Assembly: GCA_965226495.1 (NCBI GenBank)
Contig: OZ245365.1
Location: 4,896,001-4,960,000, forward strand
Direction: 5' to 3'
Length of the DNA stretch: 64,000 nucleotides
From: Candidatus Marinacidobacterales bacterium
GTDB taxonomy: Bacteria > Acidobacteriota > Vicinamibacteria > Marinacidobacterales > DATDRI01
Position numbers and translations under genes: made by a program. This document shows positions 1 through 9,661 of this stretch, piece by piece. Below the pieces are notes generated by a model, which worked only from the letters and a program-made list of their open reading frames with translations, was not told where the DNA came from and did not search any database. Numbering within the stretch: the stretch's first letter is position 1; each line of letters starts with the position of its first letter.

Positions 1-660
1 GAGATCTTGGTTGGTGTCGGTCGCGCACCGAATGTGGAGGGTATCGGGCTCGAATCGGCTGGGGTCGACTACCATCCCCGCAGCGGTATCGTCGTCGACG
101 ACCATCTTCAAACCACCAATCCTAAGATTTTCGCCGCCGGCGATTGTTGCTTTCGGTACAAGTTCACGCACACGGCTGACGCGGTCGCTCGTATCGTCAT
201 CCAGAACGCGCTATTTGGCTTCCCTTTCATGAAAAAGAAAGCGAGCGCTCTGACGATTCCCTGGTGCACTTTCACTGACCCAGAAATCGCGCATGTCGGG
301 ATGTACGAGCAAGAAGCCCGGGATAAAGGGATCCCGGTCCAGACGTTCATCTACGAGCTCAACGAAGTCGATCGCGCCATTCTGGACGGCGCCGACAAGG
401 GCTTCGTCAAGGTGCACGTCAAAGAGGGAACGGATCAAATCCTGGGAGCCACAATCGTCGCAGAGCACGCCGGCGAAATGTTGAATGAGCTGACGTTGGC
501 CATCAACGCCGGACTCGGCCTCGGAAGCATTGCCAATACCATCCACCCTTACCCGACCCAGGCGGAGTGCATCAAGCGGGTTGCAGATGCCTTCAACCGT
601 ACGCGCTTGACGCCCACAGTGAAGGGCCTATTTGCCAAGTGGTTGTCGTGGAGTCGATGA
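1..660 (+). CDS. Pyridine nucleotide-disulfide oxidoreductase (mercuric reductase/dihydrolipoamide dehydrogenase-like), 5' truncated by window edge
   Basis: GRAPN, FAAGD, TFTDPEIAHVG and HPYPTQAE motifs; no C-terminal CC pair of true MerA. Confidence 0.85.
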   Translation, partial: EILVGVGRAPNVEGIGLESAGVDYHPRSGIVVDDHLQTTNPKIFAAGDCCFRYKFTHTADAVARIVIQNALFGFPFMKKKASALTIPWCTFTDPEIAHVGMYEQEARDKGIPVQTFIYELNEVDRAILDGADKGFVKVHVKEGTDQILGATIVAEHAGEMLNELTLAINAGLGLGSIANTIHPYPTQAECIKRVADAFNRTRLTPTVKGLFAKWLSWSR

Positions 661-739
661 ACCGGACTCCGCACTCCATTGGTTTTTTTACTGCCGGACG
701 GACGGCGGCTATCCAATCCCTATGAGCAACTGATTCTTC

Positions 740-843
740 TGGTACCGGGGGCGGGGATCGCCTGCCAAGCCGTAGCTCGCCAGTCAAGCCGCCGAGCGAA
801 GGCTGGAACCCGCACGAGGTTTCCCTCAGGGGATTTTAAGTCC
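740..843 (-). pseudogene. Displaced 3' fragment of tRNA-Leu(TAA) (distal att site), interrupted by a 46-bp insertion
   Basis: 740-759 plus 806-843 match 18801-18858 with one mismatch; insert at 760-805. Confidence 0.85.
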
Positions 844-926
844 TCTGACGGACCACTCTCGTCCACGCGGAGAGGCAACATGGCTTCAAGACGTGCATCA
901 ATGAGTCACCGCGCTTCGCAACACCG

Positions 927-1226
927 TCATAGGAGATGTCGATATTTTCGTCGGCCGTGGAGGACTCGATAGATCCGAATCTGGCGTCGCAACACTTTGT
1001 AAAAGATCAGATACTCGTTCACTATGAGAACGCGGTAACCGCGAGCCCGAAGGACCTCGTCCTTTGACAGGACGCCACGCTCGGGCAACTTCGCCAAGGT
1101 CTCGATCCTGTCCAGGAGCGCGTTGACCAGCCGCTCCGCGGCCTTTGGGCGATCCCGCCGGACGTAGTCGCGAATCTCGTTGAGGTCCGCTTGGGCCCGG
1201 CGAAGAATCCGGACCGAGCGCGTCAT
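927..1226 (-). CDS. RelE/ParE family toxin
   Basis: 99 aa, AQADLNEIRDY...YLIFY...IYRVLHGRR pattern; overlaps antitoxin stop. Confidence 0.88.
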   Translation of the reverse strand: MTRSVRILRRAQADLNEIRDYVRRDRPKAAERLVNALLDRIETLAKLPERGVLSKDEVLRARGYRVLIVNEYLIFYKVLRRQIRIYRVLHGRRKYRHLL

Positions 1227-1477
1227 CGCCTCAACAGTTTCCTCATCTTTGCCGGGCTCACACCCCTATCGCCGGCTCGGACGTCCTCTTCTGCTTCCCC
1301 CAGGAGGCGGTATAGTTCAAGACGAGCCTGATCGCGCTCGTACGTGGCGAGGCTCATGACAACCAAATCACCCTCCCCGTTTTTTGTGATAAAGACTGGC
1401 TCGCCTGTATCGTGGCAGACCTTCGAGATCTCGAGGCTTTTGTTTCGTAGGTCCGAGATGGGTCGTATTCGTGCCAT
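1223..1477 (-). CDS. Phd/YefM family antitoxin
   Basis: IRPISDLRN...EPVFITKNGEGDLVVMS signature. Confidence 0.9.
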   Translation of the reverse strand: MARIRPISDLRNKSLEISKVCHDTGEPVFITKNGEGDLVVMSLATYERDQARLELYRLLGEAEEDVRAGDRGVSPAKMRKLLRR

Positions 1478-1543
1478 GCGCGTCTCCTTTTTTAGGTTTC
1501 AGCATATCATAATTATGATAGGCCAACAAGAAGACTGTCTCGG

Positions 1544-2545
1544 CTACGGTTCGTGGGCGAGCGTGTTCGAGGGAAGCTCTCCGAAGCACTCCCTATAGGC
1601 TTTCGAAAAATCACCGACGTGCCAGAAGCCCCAGCGAAGTGCTTCCGTAGTTACCGTGGTCGAGTGGCGTGTCGCCTCTTTGAGAGATTTGTGAACGCGG
1701 TGAAGCCGCAGTCGCGTCAAGTAGGCCACCGGTGACATCCCGAGGACGTTTTGAAAAGCATAGCGAAGCGTGCGTTCACTGACGCTGAGGGCCTGACAAA
1801 GGTCCGTCAAGTGAATGCGTTCGTCGATATGTTCGAGGGAGTAGTCCTGTGCCCTCTTGACGAGTCGGCTGTGGTTGACTCGGGTGAGCTCGGCGTCGCG
1901 CGGAGGCACATCGCGAGTCGAGGCCAACACTTCGCCGAGCCTTTCGACGAGCTCCCGACGAACGCCATCGCGGACATGCAGGTTCTCTTCGAAGAGAATC
2001 GGGTTCTGCTCCGCGGAGCGCACCACGCTTCGTCCCCAGCGGTAGAGACTCCGCACGAGCCCGACGTCTCCGTCGAGGAAATGCGGGCCCACGTCTCGAG
2101 TCTGGATATGGCTTTCGACCTCGACGGGAGGAACGAGAAACATCATGGAGCGATAGTTGCTTCCTGCGACCACTTCAGTGCGTGCTCCCTCCTTGGCCGT
2201 TGCCAACAAGTCGGGTCGGATCTCTCGGCCGTCCAGCGTCCCTGTAGCGGAGGGAGAAAAAACCACAATGACCCGATAGGGGCCTGCGATTTGGCTCCGC
2301 GAGCGGCCAGGGTGCAATGCGAAGTGATAGGCCAACAAGCTCCCATCGAGGTCGACGACGACTCGTTTCACGAAAAGGCGCTCGGGGCCGAGCTGAACCC
2401 AGTCGAATCCCAGCTCCCGCAGAGCCTTCTCGGCATCCGCCGGGTCGGTCAGTTGGTGCACGCTGACCCGTCTCCTTGCCGGTTCTCCCCCCGCTTCGGA
2501 GGGCAGATCTCGCTTTGCCGAATTTCGATAGGCGGGGTCCGACAT
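1544..2545 (-). CDS. AraC family (EutR-like) transcriptional regulator
   Basis: C-terminal VSERTLRYAF...WGFWHVGDFSKAYRECFGELPSNTL double HTH. Confidence 0.9.
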   Translation of the reverse strand: MSDPAYRNSAKRDLPSEAGGEPARRRVSVHQLTDPADAEKALRELGFDWVQLGPERLFVKRVVVDLDGSLLAYHFALHPGRSRSQIAGPYRVIVVFSPSATGTLDGREIRPDLLATAKEGARTEVVAGSNYRSMMFLVPPVEVESHIQTRDVGPHFLDGDVGLVRSLYRWGRSVVRSAEQNPILFEENLHVRDGVRRELVERLGEVLASTRDVPPRDAELTRVNHSRLVKRAQDYSLEHIDERIHLTDLCQALSVSERTLRYAFQNVLGMSPVAYLTRLRLHRVHKSLKEATRHSTTVTTEALRWGFWHVGDFSKAYRECFGELPSNTLAHEP

Positions 2546-2595
2546 GGTAGCTAGGCTAGGTGGGAGGTCTGGAGTTTGTCAAAGAGGTCCTGGCC

Positions 2596-3522
2596 ATGAA
2601 ACTTGAAGAAGTGGGCGACGACATCTACGCATGCGTTTCCGAGCGGACTGCTTCCGGGCATTCGAGCTCGGGGCTAATCGACACCGGCGGAGGCCTCGTG
2701 GTCGACACCCAATTCGACCTCGCGCACGCGCAGAGGATGCTTCAACTCTTCGGGCAGGTGTGGCGAACGCCACCTCGCCGCATCGTAAACACTCACCAAC
2801 ACCCCGCACATACGTGGGGAAACCAACTCTTTCCGAACGCCGAGATACTCGCGCATCGCCTTGCGCCAGGCCTTCGCGGGGAGCGCCCCGAAGAGATGCA
2901 GCGCCTCCGGGATGCCATCGACTCGCCTCACCCCGGCATCGCAGCCCGCGCGAGAGCGCTCGAAGAATTCGACTTTCACGGGATCGCGCCGAAGTCGGCC
3001 TCGATATTTTTCGACCAGCGACTCGTGCTGCGGCTCGACGGGACCGAGGTCCATTTCATTCACGCCGGGCCTTGCCATAGCCAGGGGGACACCCTCGTGC
3101 ATCTACCGGCCGAGAGCGTGCTGTTCACTGGAGATGTCGTGTGCAGAGACCTAACACCTCTCGTAACCGGAAGTTTCGAGAACTGGATTTCTTGGCTCGA
3201 TCGGATTGTCGAGCTCGGTCCGGAAGTGGTCGTTCCCGGACACGGTCCCGTCTGTGGCATCGAAGGGGTGATGGATGCCAAGGCCTATCTCAGCTACGTG
3301 TGGCTCGAGTCGAAGCGGCACTTTGAGGCGGGGCGTACCGCGATGGAAGCGGCGAGGCGATTCGAGCTCGGGGCTTTCGCAGCTTGGGCCGAGCCTGAAC
3401 GGCTTTTTTTCAACGTGGAGCACGCATTTCGAGAGTTGGGGGGAGGCAAGGCGACAACCGATGCTTCGGCCTCGCTCCAAGAGCCGTGGGAACTCGCGCA
3501 ATTTTGGCAGTCACTTCGATGA
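2596..3522 (+). CDS. Metallo-beta-lactamase fold hydrolase (cyclase-like)
   Basis: LVVDT, THQHPAH, HSQGD, FTGD and PGHG motifs; ATG at 2596 after GAGG. Confidence 0.85.
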   Translation: MKLEEVGDDIYACVSERTASGHSSSGLIDTGGGLVVDTQFDLAHAQRMLQLFGQVWRTPPRRIVNTHQHPAHTWGNQLFPNAEILAHRLAPGLRGERPEEMQRLRDAIDSPHPGIAARARALEEFDFHGIAPKSASIFFDQRLVLRLDGTEVHFIHAGPCHSQGDTLVHLPAESVLFTGDVVCRDLTPLVTGSFENWISWLDRIVELGPEVVVPGHGPVCGIEGVMDAKAYLSYVWLESKRHFEAGRTAMEAARRFELGAFAAWAEPERLFFNVEHAFRELGGGKATTDASASLQEPWELAQFWQSLR

Positions 3523-3574
3523 ACCCGGTAAAATTCTAGGGGAAGTTGACGGAGACGGAATCAAAGGAGTGAAC

Positions 3575-5356
3575 ATGGAACACAATGCACGATCCTTCTG
3601 GGGCGTCGTAGTACTCGCGTTAGCGATGTCGACCGCGGCCTTGTCCGCCGACGAGCGACCCAACATCGTGATCATTCTGGCGGATGACATGGGCTACTCG
3701 GACATGGGCTCGTTCGGTAGTGAGATCCAAACACCGAACCTCGACGCCCTGGCACAAGAAGGCGTGCGCTTTACTCAGTTCTACACGCACGCGAGCTGTT
3801 CTCCGACACGCTCGATGCTGCTCTCTGGGACGGATACACATGTCAATGGACTCGGCAACATGGACGAGTGGACCGCGCCCAACCAAGTAGGGGTGGCGGG
3901 CTACGAAGGCTACCTTAACGACGCCGTCGTGACGCTGCCACAGCTTCTTAAAGATTCGGGATACCACACCTACATGACGGGTAAGTGGCACATGGGTAAA
4001 GCGCCCGACAAGATTCCCCGCGCCCGCGGCTTCGAGCGCGATTTCAGTCTTCTCGACGGCGGCGGCAACTACTGGGACATGAAGAACGTGACCGCCCTCT
4101 CGCCTCGATTGGTGTTTACCGAAGACGGATTCTACCTGAGCAAGCTTCCCGAGGACTACTACGCCACCAAGACCTACACCGACAAGATGATTGGGTTCAT
4201 CGAGGCGAACCGCGGCGACGACCAACCGTTCTTCGCCTACGTGGCGCATCAGGCACCCCACGACCCCTACCATTTGCCGCGGGAGTGGCGTCGCCGGCAC
4301 GTCGGGGAGTACGACAAGGGGTGGGACGCGGTGCGACGCGAGCGTCTTCAACGACAGATCGAGCTCGGCATCGTGGCCAAGGACACCGAGCTTGCCGAGC
4401 GCATGTGGTTCGTTCCCGACCCCACCGTCCTCGCGCCGGCACCTCGTGCATTACTCGGCATGAAAATGGAGCTTTATGCGGGGATGATGGAGAACCTCGA
4501 CCATCACGTCGGGCGGCTCATCGACTACCTGAAGTCGATCGACGAGTACGAGAACACGATCTTCATCGTTTTCGGTGACAACGGCGCCGAGGGGGCAGAT
4601 CTCTTCGAGATGATCGCGGGCACACCGGGCACTTTGAACTCTCTCTCCGCCGCGATCAACTGGTCCCAAACGCACCCCAAGGCCTGGGGCGACCCGGGCT
4701 CGTTCGTCGGCTACGGGCCCATGTGGGCTCAGGTATCGATGACGCCTTTCAGCCAGTACAAGGGTTGGCTCGCCGAAGGAGGGATTCGTAACGCCCTTAT
4801 CGTGAGCGGGCCGGTGACAAAACGCCCCGCGGGGAGTATTCACCAAGCCGTCATGCACGTCGGCGACATCATGCCCACGCTGCTCGAGATCGCGGGTGCC
4901 GAGTATCCCGAGACGCACAATGGACGCCGGACGCCGCCCCTAATCGGCACGTCATGGAATCGGCTGCTCGCCGGAGATGTCGATTCGGTTCGGAACGACG
5001 AGGACTATCTGGCCTGGGAGCTCTTCGGAAACCGTGCCGTGCGTCAGGGAAATTGGAAGCTGCGGTGGCAGTGGAAGCCGTACGGAAAGGGCGATTGGGA
5101 GCTTTTTGACTTGGCTTCCGACCCCGGCGAGCGCAAGGACCTGGCCTCGGAGCGGCCGGAGCAAGCGGCCGCCTTGCTCGAGAGCTGGGACGACTACGTC
5201 CGCGCGAACAACGTGATCCTTCCGAGCCGCTCCGTCTATGAGGGCTTGGAAGACCAGATGTCGCAGCGCTTCCCGAATGATCCAGGATATCCGCCGCTCA
5301 TCTACAAGCGGCAGTTCGTGCCGCCCTCCGACATGGTGAAGGAGCCGAAGAAATGA
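3575..5356 (+). CDS. Arylsulfatase (AtsA-like) with signal peptide
   Basis: RPNIVIILADDMG, CSPTR formylglycine motif, GKWHMG; ATG 3575 after AAGGAG. Confidence 0.92.
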   Translation: MEHNARSFWGVVVLALAMSTAALSADERPNIVIILADDMGYSDMGSFGSEIQTPNLDALAQEGVRFTQFYTHASCSPTRSMLLSGTDTHVNGLGNMDEWTAPNQVGVAGYEGYLNDAVVTLPQLLKDSGYHTYMTGKWHMGKAPDKIPRARGFERDFSLLDGGGNYWDMKNVTALSPRLVFTEDGFYLSKLPEDYYATKTYTDKMIGFIEANRGDDQPFFAYVAHQAPHDPYHLPREWRRRHVGEYDKGWDAVRRERLQRQIELGIVAKDTELAERMWFVPDPTVLAPAPRALLGMKMELYAGMMENLDHHVGRLIDYLKSIDEYENTIFIVFGDNGAEGADLFEMIAGTPGTLNSLSAAINWSQTHPKAWGDPGSFVGYGPMWAQVSMTPFSQYKGWLAEGGIRNALIVSGPVTKRPAGSIHQAVMHVGDIMPTLLEIAGAEYPETHNGRRTPPLIGTSWNRLLAGDVDSVRNDEDYLAWELFGNRAVRQGNWKLRWQWKPYGKGDWELFDLASDPGERKDLASERPEQAAALLESWDDYVRANNVILPSRSVYEGLEDQMSQRFPNDPGYPPLIYKRQFVPPSDMVKEPKK

Positions 5357-6324
5357 ACCCAGTCCGAAGCATGCGATTAATTTTGGCGGTGGCGATCGCG
5401 TTCGTGGCGGTCGGGGCGACGCCTTCCTCCGCCCAAGTGCCGCCGCGCTTTTATTGGAAGAGCCTCATCGGCGGGCACGCGGTGCCGGTCATCGGCATGT
5501 CGATGGGCGGCAACGCAAACCCCATCGACCCAGCGCATACCGTGGTCCCGGAAGCGAGCTTCGAGGCCACCGTGGCCCTCGCCGGCTACGCCCATATCTT
5601 TACCCTTTTTGATCGGTCCGCCATGGCGGCGGTGCTCGTTCCCATGGGGCGACTCTCGGGTGACGGGTCGATCTTCGGCCGCACGTTCGGCGAAGACGCC
5701 AGCGGCTTCGGCGATCCGCTGTTCGAGATCGACCTCAACCTCATCGGCCCCGAGCCCATCCGGAACATCCCCGATCTCATCCGCTACGAACCTGGCTTCT
5801 CCCTCGATGTTCTCGCCGACCTGGCTTTTCCTATCGGCGAGTACGACAGCGAAGAACCGCTGAACCTCGGCCAGAACCGTTGGTATGGCCGCGTCGGCGC
5901 CCCCATCGTATGGCAGCTCGGACCGTGGATCCCCGGCCGCCGGACCACCGTAGAGTTGCTACCCTCGGTGTGGCTTTTCGGCGACAACGATGACTTCGTG
6001 GGTCGCAACCTCTCCACCGATCCTATGTTTCAGCTCGACGCTCACTTGACGCGTGATTTGGTCGAGCAGTTCTGGGCTTCGTTCGATGTGACCTGGGTGA
6101 CCGGCGGCCAAGCCAGCCTCGATGGCGTCACGGGTGAGAAGATCGACAACCTCGGGGTCGGTCTCACGCTCGGTTACCAGCTCAATGACAACCTGCAGGT
6201 CACTGCAGGCTACATGGCCACGGTGAACGACGGTGAGCCCACTGACTTGCGCATGGACCGGTTCCGAGTCTCGCTGGTCTTCGGCTGGCACCCGCTCGTC
6301 GAAGGCATGAAGCGGCTCGAGTGA
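5353..6324 (+). CDS. Outer-membrane transporter, phenol MetA-pathway-like beta-barrel
   Basis: Signal peptide, SGFGDP, PIGEYD...NLGQNRW motifs. Confidence 0.7.
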   Translation: MNPVRSMRLILAVAIAFVAVGATPSSAQVPPRFYWKSLIGGHAVPVIGMSMGGNANPIDPAHTVVPEASFEATVALAGYAHIFTLFDRSAMAAVLVPMGRLSGDGSIFGRTFGEDASGFGDPLFEIDLNLIGPEPIRNIPDLIRYEPGFSLDVLADLAFPIGEYDSEEPLNLGQNRWYGRVGAPIVWQLGPWIPGRRTTVELLPSVWLFGDNDDFVGRNLSTDPMFQLDAHLTRDLVEQFWASFDVTWVTGGQASLDGVTGEKIDNLGVGLTLGYQLNDNLQVTAGYMATVNDGEPTDLRMDRFRVSLVFGWHPLVEGMKRLE

Positions 6325-7067
6325 GCCGTGACGGCATGAGGCGCACACTCGTGCTGGTCCCGCTGCTCATTGGAAGTATCGCGCAGGCCCAAGATCAGGA
6401 GGACTCGGCACAGTTCTGGGGAACCGCGGTTTTTGGCTTCCCCAAGGGTGACCGCCTCCTTGCCGAGATCCGCACCCAGGCGAAGACACAATACTCGGGG
6501 GCTGAGACGTGGCGAGACCTTGAGGTAACTCCGGTCGTCGAGTACTACCCGAATCGATGGCTAGATGTCGTCGGCGAAGCGACCTTCGGCTGGACCCGAC
6601 AGACGAGCGACGTGAGCACGGTCGAGCTCACGCCGAGACTCGGTGCGCGGTTTCATTTCCTGAGCAACGTCAGGACGATGCTCGATCGGAATCCTCTTGG
6701 CCGGGTCGCTGTCTCCGACCTCGTCCGCTTCGAGCAACGGAATTTCTGGTACTCCGACGGAAGCGCGAGCCACGAGACGCGGCTTCGCAATCGGGTCGGG
6801 CTCAAGGTCGCGCTCAACCACGCCGAGCTAAGCCGCGATGGCACGCTCTACTGGATCGCCGATTTCGAGTTCTTTGTGCCGCTGTCGGGTGACGTGCCGG
6901 AACGCTTCGCGAGTAAGCGGCGCACGCGGGCGGGCCTCGGCTATCGCCGGAATAATCGCTGGCGGTTCGAGGCTCTCTATATTCGTGACACGGCGCGGGA
7001 CACGACCGACGAGGAGTTCGACACCGCCGCCAACATTGTAAACGCGAGGATCAAGATTCTCTTTTAG
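6321..7067 (+). CDS. DUF2490-like outer-membrane beta-barrel
   Basis: Signal peptide, RFEQR and RLRNR motifs, terminal Phe. Confidence 0.6.
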   Translation: MSRDGMRRTLVLVPLLIGSIAQAQDQEDSAQFWGTAVFGFPKGDRLLAEIRTQAKTQYSGAETWRDLEVTPVVEYYPNRWLDVVGEATFGWTRQTSDVSTVELTPRLGARFHFLSNVRTMLDRNPLGRVAVSDLVRFEQRNFWYSDGSASHETRLRNRVGLKVALNHAELSRDGTLYWIADFEFFVPLSGDVPERFASKRRTRAGLGYRRNNRWRFEALYIRDTARDTTDEEFDTAANIVNARIKILF

Positions 7068-7076
7068 GAGGCTCAG

Positions 7077-7832
7077 ATGTATCGAAAACTGTCTAAGAAT
7101 CGCCAGAAAAGAAGAGAGCAGGCCCCGAAGCTCACGACACACCAGCTTCGAGGATACCAAGTTCCAGTACTGGTCGCGTCGCTGGCACTCTCCTCCCTCG
7201 CCTTCGGCCAGCAAAAAGAAGAATTCGCTCAGGCCCAGAAAGAAAACGGCGCCGCTCTCAAGCAGTACACGTGGAAATCACGCACCGAGATGAAAATGAA
7301 GGGTGAATCGAAAAGCGTGAAGCTCGAGCAGGTACGCTACGACCTAGACGGCAAGCAACAGAAAACGGCTATCGGCGAGCCGCAGAAGCAACAGGCACAA
7401 CAGGGGGGCGGTGGTCGGCGTGGAGGAAGAATGAAAGCGAAGATGATCGAGAAGAAAAAAAAGGAGTTCGCCGAGCTCATGAAGACTCTTGGCCAGCTCG
7501 TTGCCTCCTACGCGCACCTGCCTCCAGACAAAATGCAAGCCTTCGCCCAAAACGCAACGATGGGACCCACTGAAGACGGTGGCGTAATGATCCAGGGCCT
7601 AAACGTCTTGCATCCAGGGGACACGATGAGGGTATGGATCGATCCCGCGAGCTACATGATGCGGCGCGTCGAGATCAACACGGCCTACGATAAGAACCCG
7701 GTGCACTTCGCAGGGGAGTTTCGCCCCGTCTCGGACGGACCGACCTATCCGGCACGGCTTGTGCTCGAGTATCCGGATGAGGAGGTCGAGCTCGTGATCG
7801 AGAACTACGATTACCAGAAAGTCGGGATGTAG
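7077..7832 (+). CDS. Hypothetical exported protein
   Basis: AGGAGG RBS, hydrophobic stretch ending AFG-QQ, LKQYTWKSRTE. Confidence 0.65.
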   Translation: MYRKLSKNRQKRREQAPKLTTHQLRGYQVPVLVASLALSSLAFGQQKEEFAQAQKENGAALKQYTWKSRTEMKMKGESKSVKLEQVRYDLDGKQQKTAIGEPQKQQAQQGGGGRRGGRMKAKMIEKKKKEFAELMKTLGQLVASYAHLPPDKMQAFAQNATMGPTEDGGVMIQGLNVLHPGDTMRVWIDPASYMMRRVEINTAYDKNPVHFAGEFRPVSDGPTYPARLVLEYPDEEVELVIENYDYQKVGM

Positions 7833-7834
7833 TC

Positions 7835-7933
7835 ATGAAGACATATCGCTTCTCACCGATCCTCGCTTCGCTTCTTTTCGCCAGCGGCGCCCTCGCGCAG
7901 GAATCTCCACCGATCCATCCGAAAGTCGGAGGA
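7835..7933 (+). pseudogene. 5' remnant of an exported protein gene
   Basis: Clear signal peptide MKTYRFSPILASLLFASGALAQ, then the frame runs into an antisense kinase fragment. Confidence 0.5.
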
Positions 7934-8164
7934 CTATTGAAGGCGGCAGATGTGTGGATGATTCAGACTGGAGACGGCGCGGGCTTCTCGCTCGAATCGC
8001 TCTTTGAGTTGCGGGTTATCGGAAAGATGAGAGGGAAGGACTTTAATGGCGACCGTACGATCGAGTCGAGTGTCCTTGGCTTTGTAGACCTCACCCATGC
8101 CACCCGCACCGAGAGGTGCGAGGATTTCATAGGGACCCAGCTTAGTGCCGGGAGTTAATGACAT
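7934..8164 (-). pseudogene. Truncated Hanks-type Ser/Thr protein kinase (N-lobe only)
   Basis: LGAGGMGEVY, VAIKVL, RFEREARAVSSLNHPHIC, then stop. Confidence 0.88.
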
Positions 8165-8519
8165 GGCCAACCCTTTGAGCGTGAAAATAGCGCTCTACAG
8201 GCAAAAAATTCAACGGGGGCCGTCGGTCGCTCCCGGGAAGCCGTCAGCTCCTTACTTATGATCCCGGGCCAATGCCTTCCCCCGCTGGCTCGAGGATGCT
8301 ATTCTTCAGCTTCTTGAGCAGGGGAGAACGCAGCCACGGAGCGAAAATCCACCGGCATCGGAGGGCCACCCGCGATCAAAATCCCATCCCCTACTACGGC
8401 AAGCGTCGCTCGTCCGAGCTCTGGGACATGATAGTTCAGGGACGCACGGAAGAATTCCTCCGGGCAGGTCGTTCTAGCGGAGGACGCAATGGTGATCGAC
8501 ATCGCGTAAGGAGTGGATC

Positions 8520-9440
8520 ATGAGGAAAGAAAGACTATTGCCGATAGTGGTAGGTCTCTTACTCGCAGCCGCTTCGACGGCGCAGGACAGGTCGAAATAC
8601 TACACGAACCAGCATCCGGAGGAGTTCCTGCCGCTGGACTGGATTGCATTCTACGACGAGATCGATGCGAGCACGGCGGCGACCCGCAAGGAGTTTCCAC
8701 ATCACCTGGACTTGGCCTTCGGCAACGATCCCAAGCAGAAGCTGGATCTTTATCTTCCCAAGGAAAAGGCGGAGGGCGCTCCCACGTTCTTGTTCCTGCA
8801 CGGGGGCGGTATGCGCGAAGGGGACCGCGCCCATTACGGATACATCGCACGGCCATTTGCCGCCAACGGCATCATCACGGCCGTAGCTAGCTACCGGCTC
8901 GCCAGCAACGGATTCCAATATCCAGCGCAACCCGAAGATGCCGCCGCCGCGGTAGCCTGGATTCATAAGCATGTCGAGGAGTACGGAGGCGATCCGCAGC
9001 GCATCTACGTGGGGGGCCATTCGGCGGGCGCGCTTCTCGCCGCCTACCTTGGCGTGCAAGGCGCCTGGCGACAGAAAAAGGGAATACCAGACGGAGTGCT
9101 CAAGGGCATCGCACCGGTCAGCGCTCCCTACGACGGCGAAGATGCAGAGACGGAAGCGGAGATAGCGACGGCGCGTGTCGTTCGCCGGGCGGGGGAGGTC
9201 GATGCGTCCGTCCCAGATCCCGACAAACCCCCGCCCCGCGCGGTAGTGGCCGTCGGTTCCGTGGAAGCGTACGTAGACTCATCTCGGGAATTCGCCGACA
9301 AGTTGAGGGCCAAGGGCGTGGAGGCGGAGTTCCTCGTTTTAGAGGGCGAGGATCACGCCCAGACAGCACTATCCCTAGGCGATGAAGACAGCGAGCTCTT
9401 TCGCGCCGTGCTGAAGATGATTCAGATTCAGACTCCATGA
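8520..9440 (+). CDS. Alpha/beta hydrolase (HSL family esterase), exported
   Basis: HGGG, GHSAG, GEDH motifs; signal peptide. Confidence 0.88.
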   Translation: MRKERLLPIVVGLLLAAASTAQDRSKYYTNQHPEEFLPLDWIAFYDEIDASTAATRKEFPHHLDLAFGNDPKQKLDLYLPKEKAEGAPTFLFLHGGGMREGDRAHYGYIARPFAANGIITAVASYRLASNGFQYPAQPEDAAAAVAWIHKHVEEYGGDPQRIYVGGHSAGALLAAYLGVQGAWRQKKGIPDGVLKGIAPVSAPYDGEDAETEAEIATARVVRRAGEVDASVPDPDKPPPRAVVAVGSVEAYVDSSREFADKLRAKGVEAEFLVLEGEDHAQTALSLGDEDSELFRAVLKMIQIQTP

Positions 9441-9640
9441 CCGACTCGCGGCCGTGGTGCGAAGAATCCCCAACCTGCGCTGGTGGATCGTAGCCCTTCT
9501 TTTCCTGGCCACGGCCATCAGCTACATCGAATCGCTAGACCCTTGCGTCGTCGCGCCGACGTTGCGGGACGAGCTAATAGGGATCTCCAACTGCGGCTAA
9601 GCCCGCATCCTCTCCAGCTTTCTCCTGGCCTACGCGGTCA
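9437..9640 (+). pseudogene. Frameshifted 5' fragment of an MFS transporter (ExuT-like)
   Basis: Encodes RIPNLRWWIVALLFLATAISYI followed by disrupted frames. Confidence 0.65.
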
Positions 9641-9661
9641 TGAAGGGGTAGTCTCTGTAAC

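Noticed and set aside
1-660. merA mercury resistance
   Set aside because: Lacks the C-terminal Cys-Cys pair and there is no mer operon context in the window.
740-843. Intron-containing functional tRNA
   Set aside because: The 5' half (D-arm and acceptor 5' strand) is absent beyond 843.
679-972. 97-aa ORF
   Set aside because: Shadow translation across the antisense tRNA fragment and the toxin end.
8272-8523. Possible small ORF or gene remnant
   Set aside because: No recognisable motif or convincing RBS.
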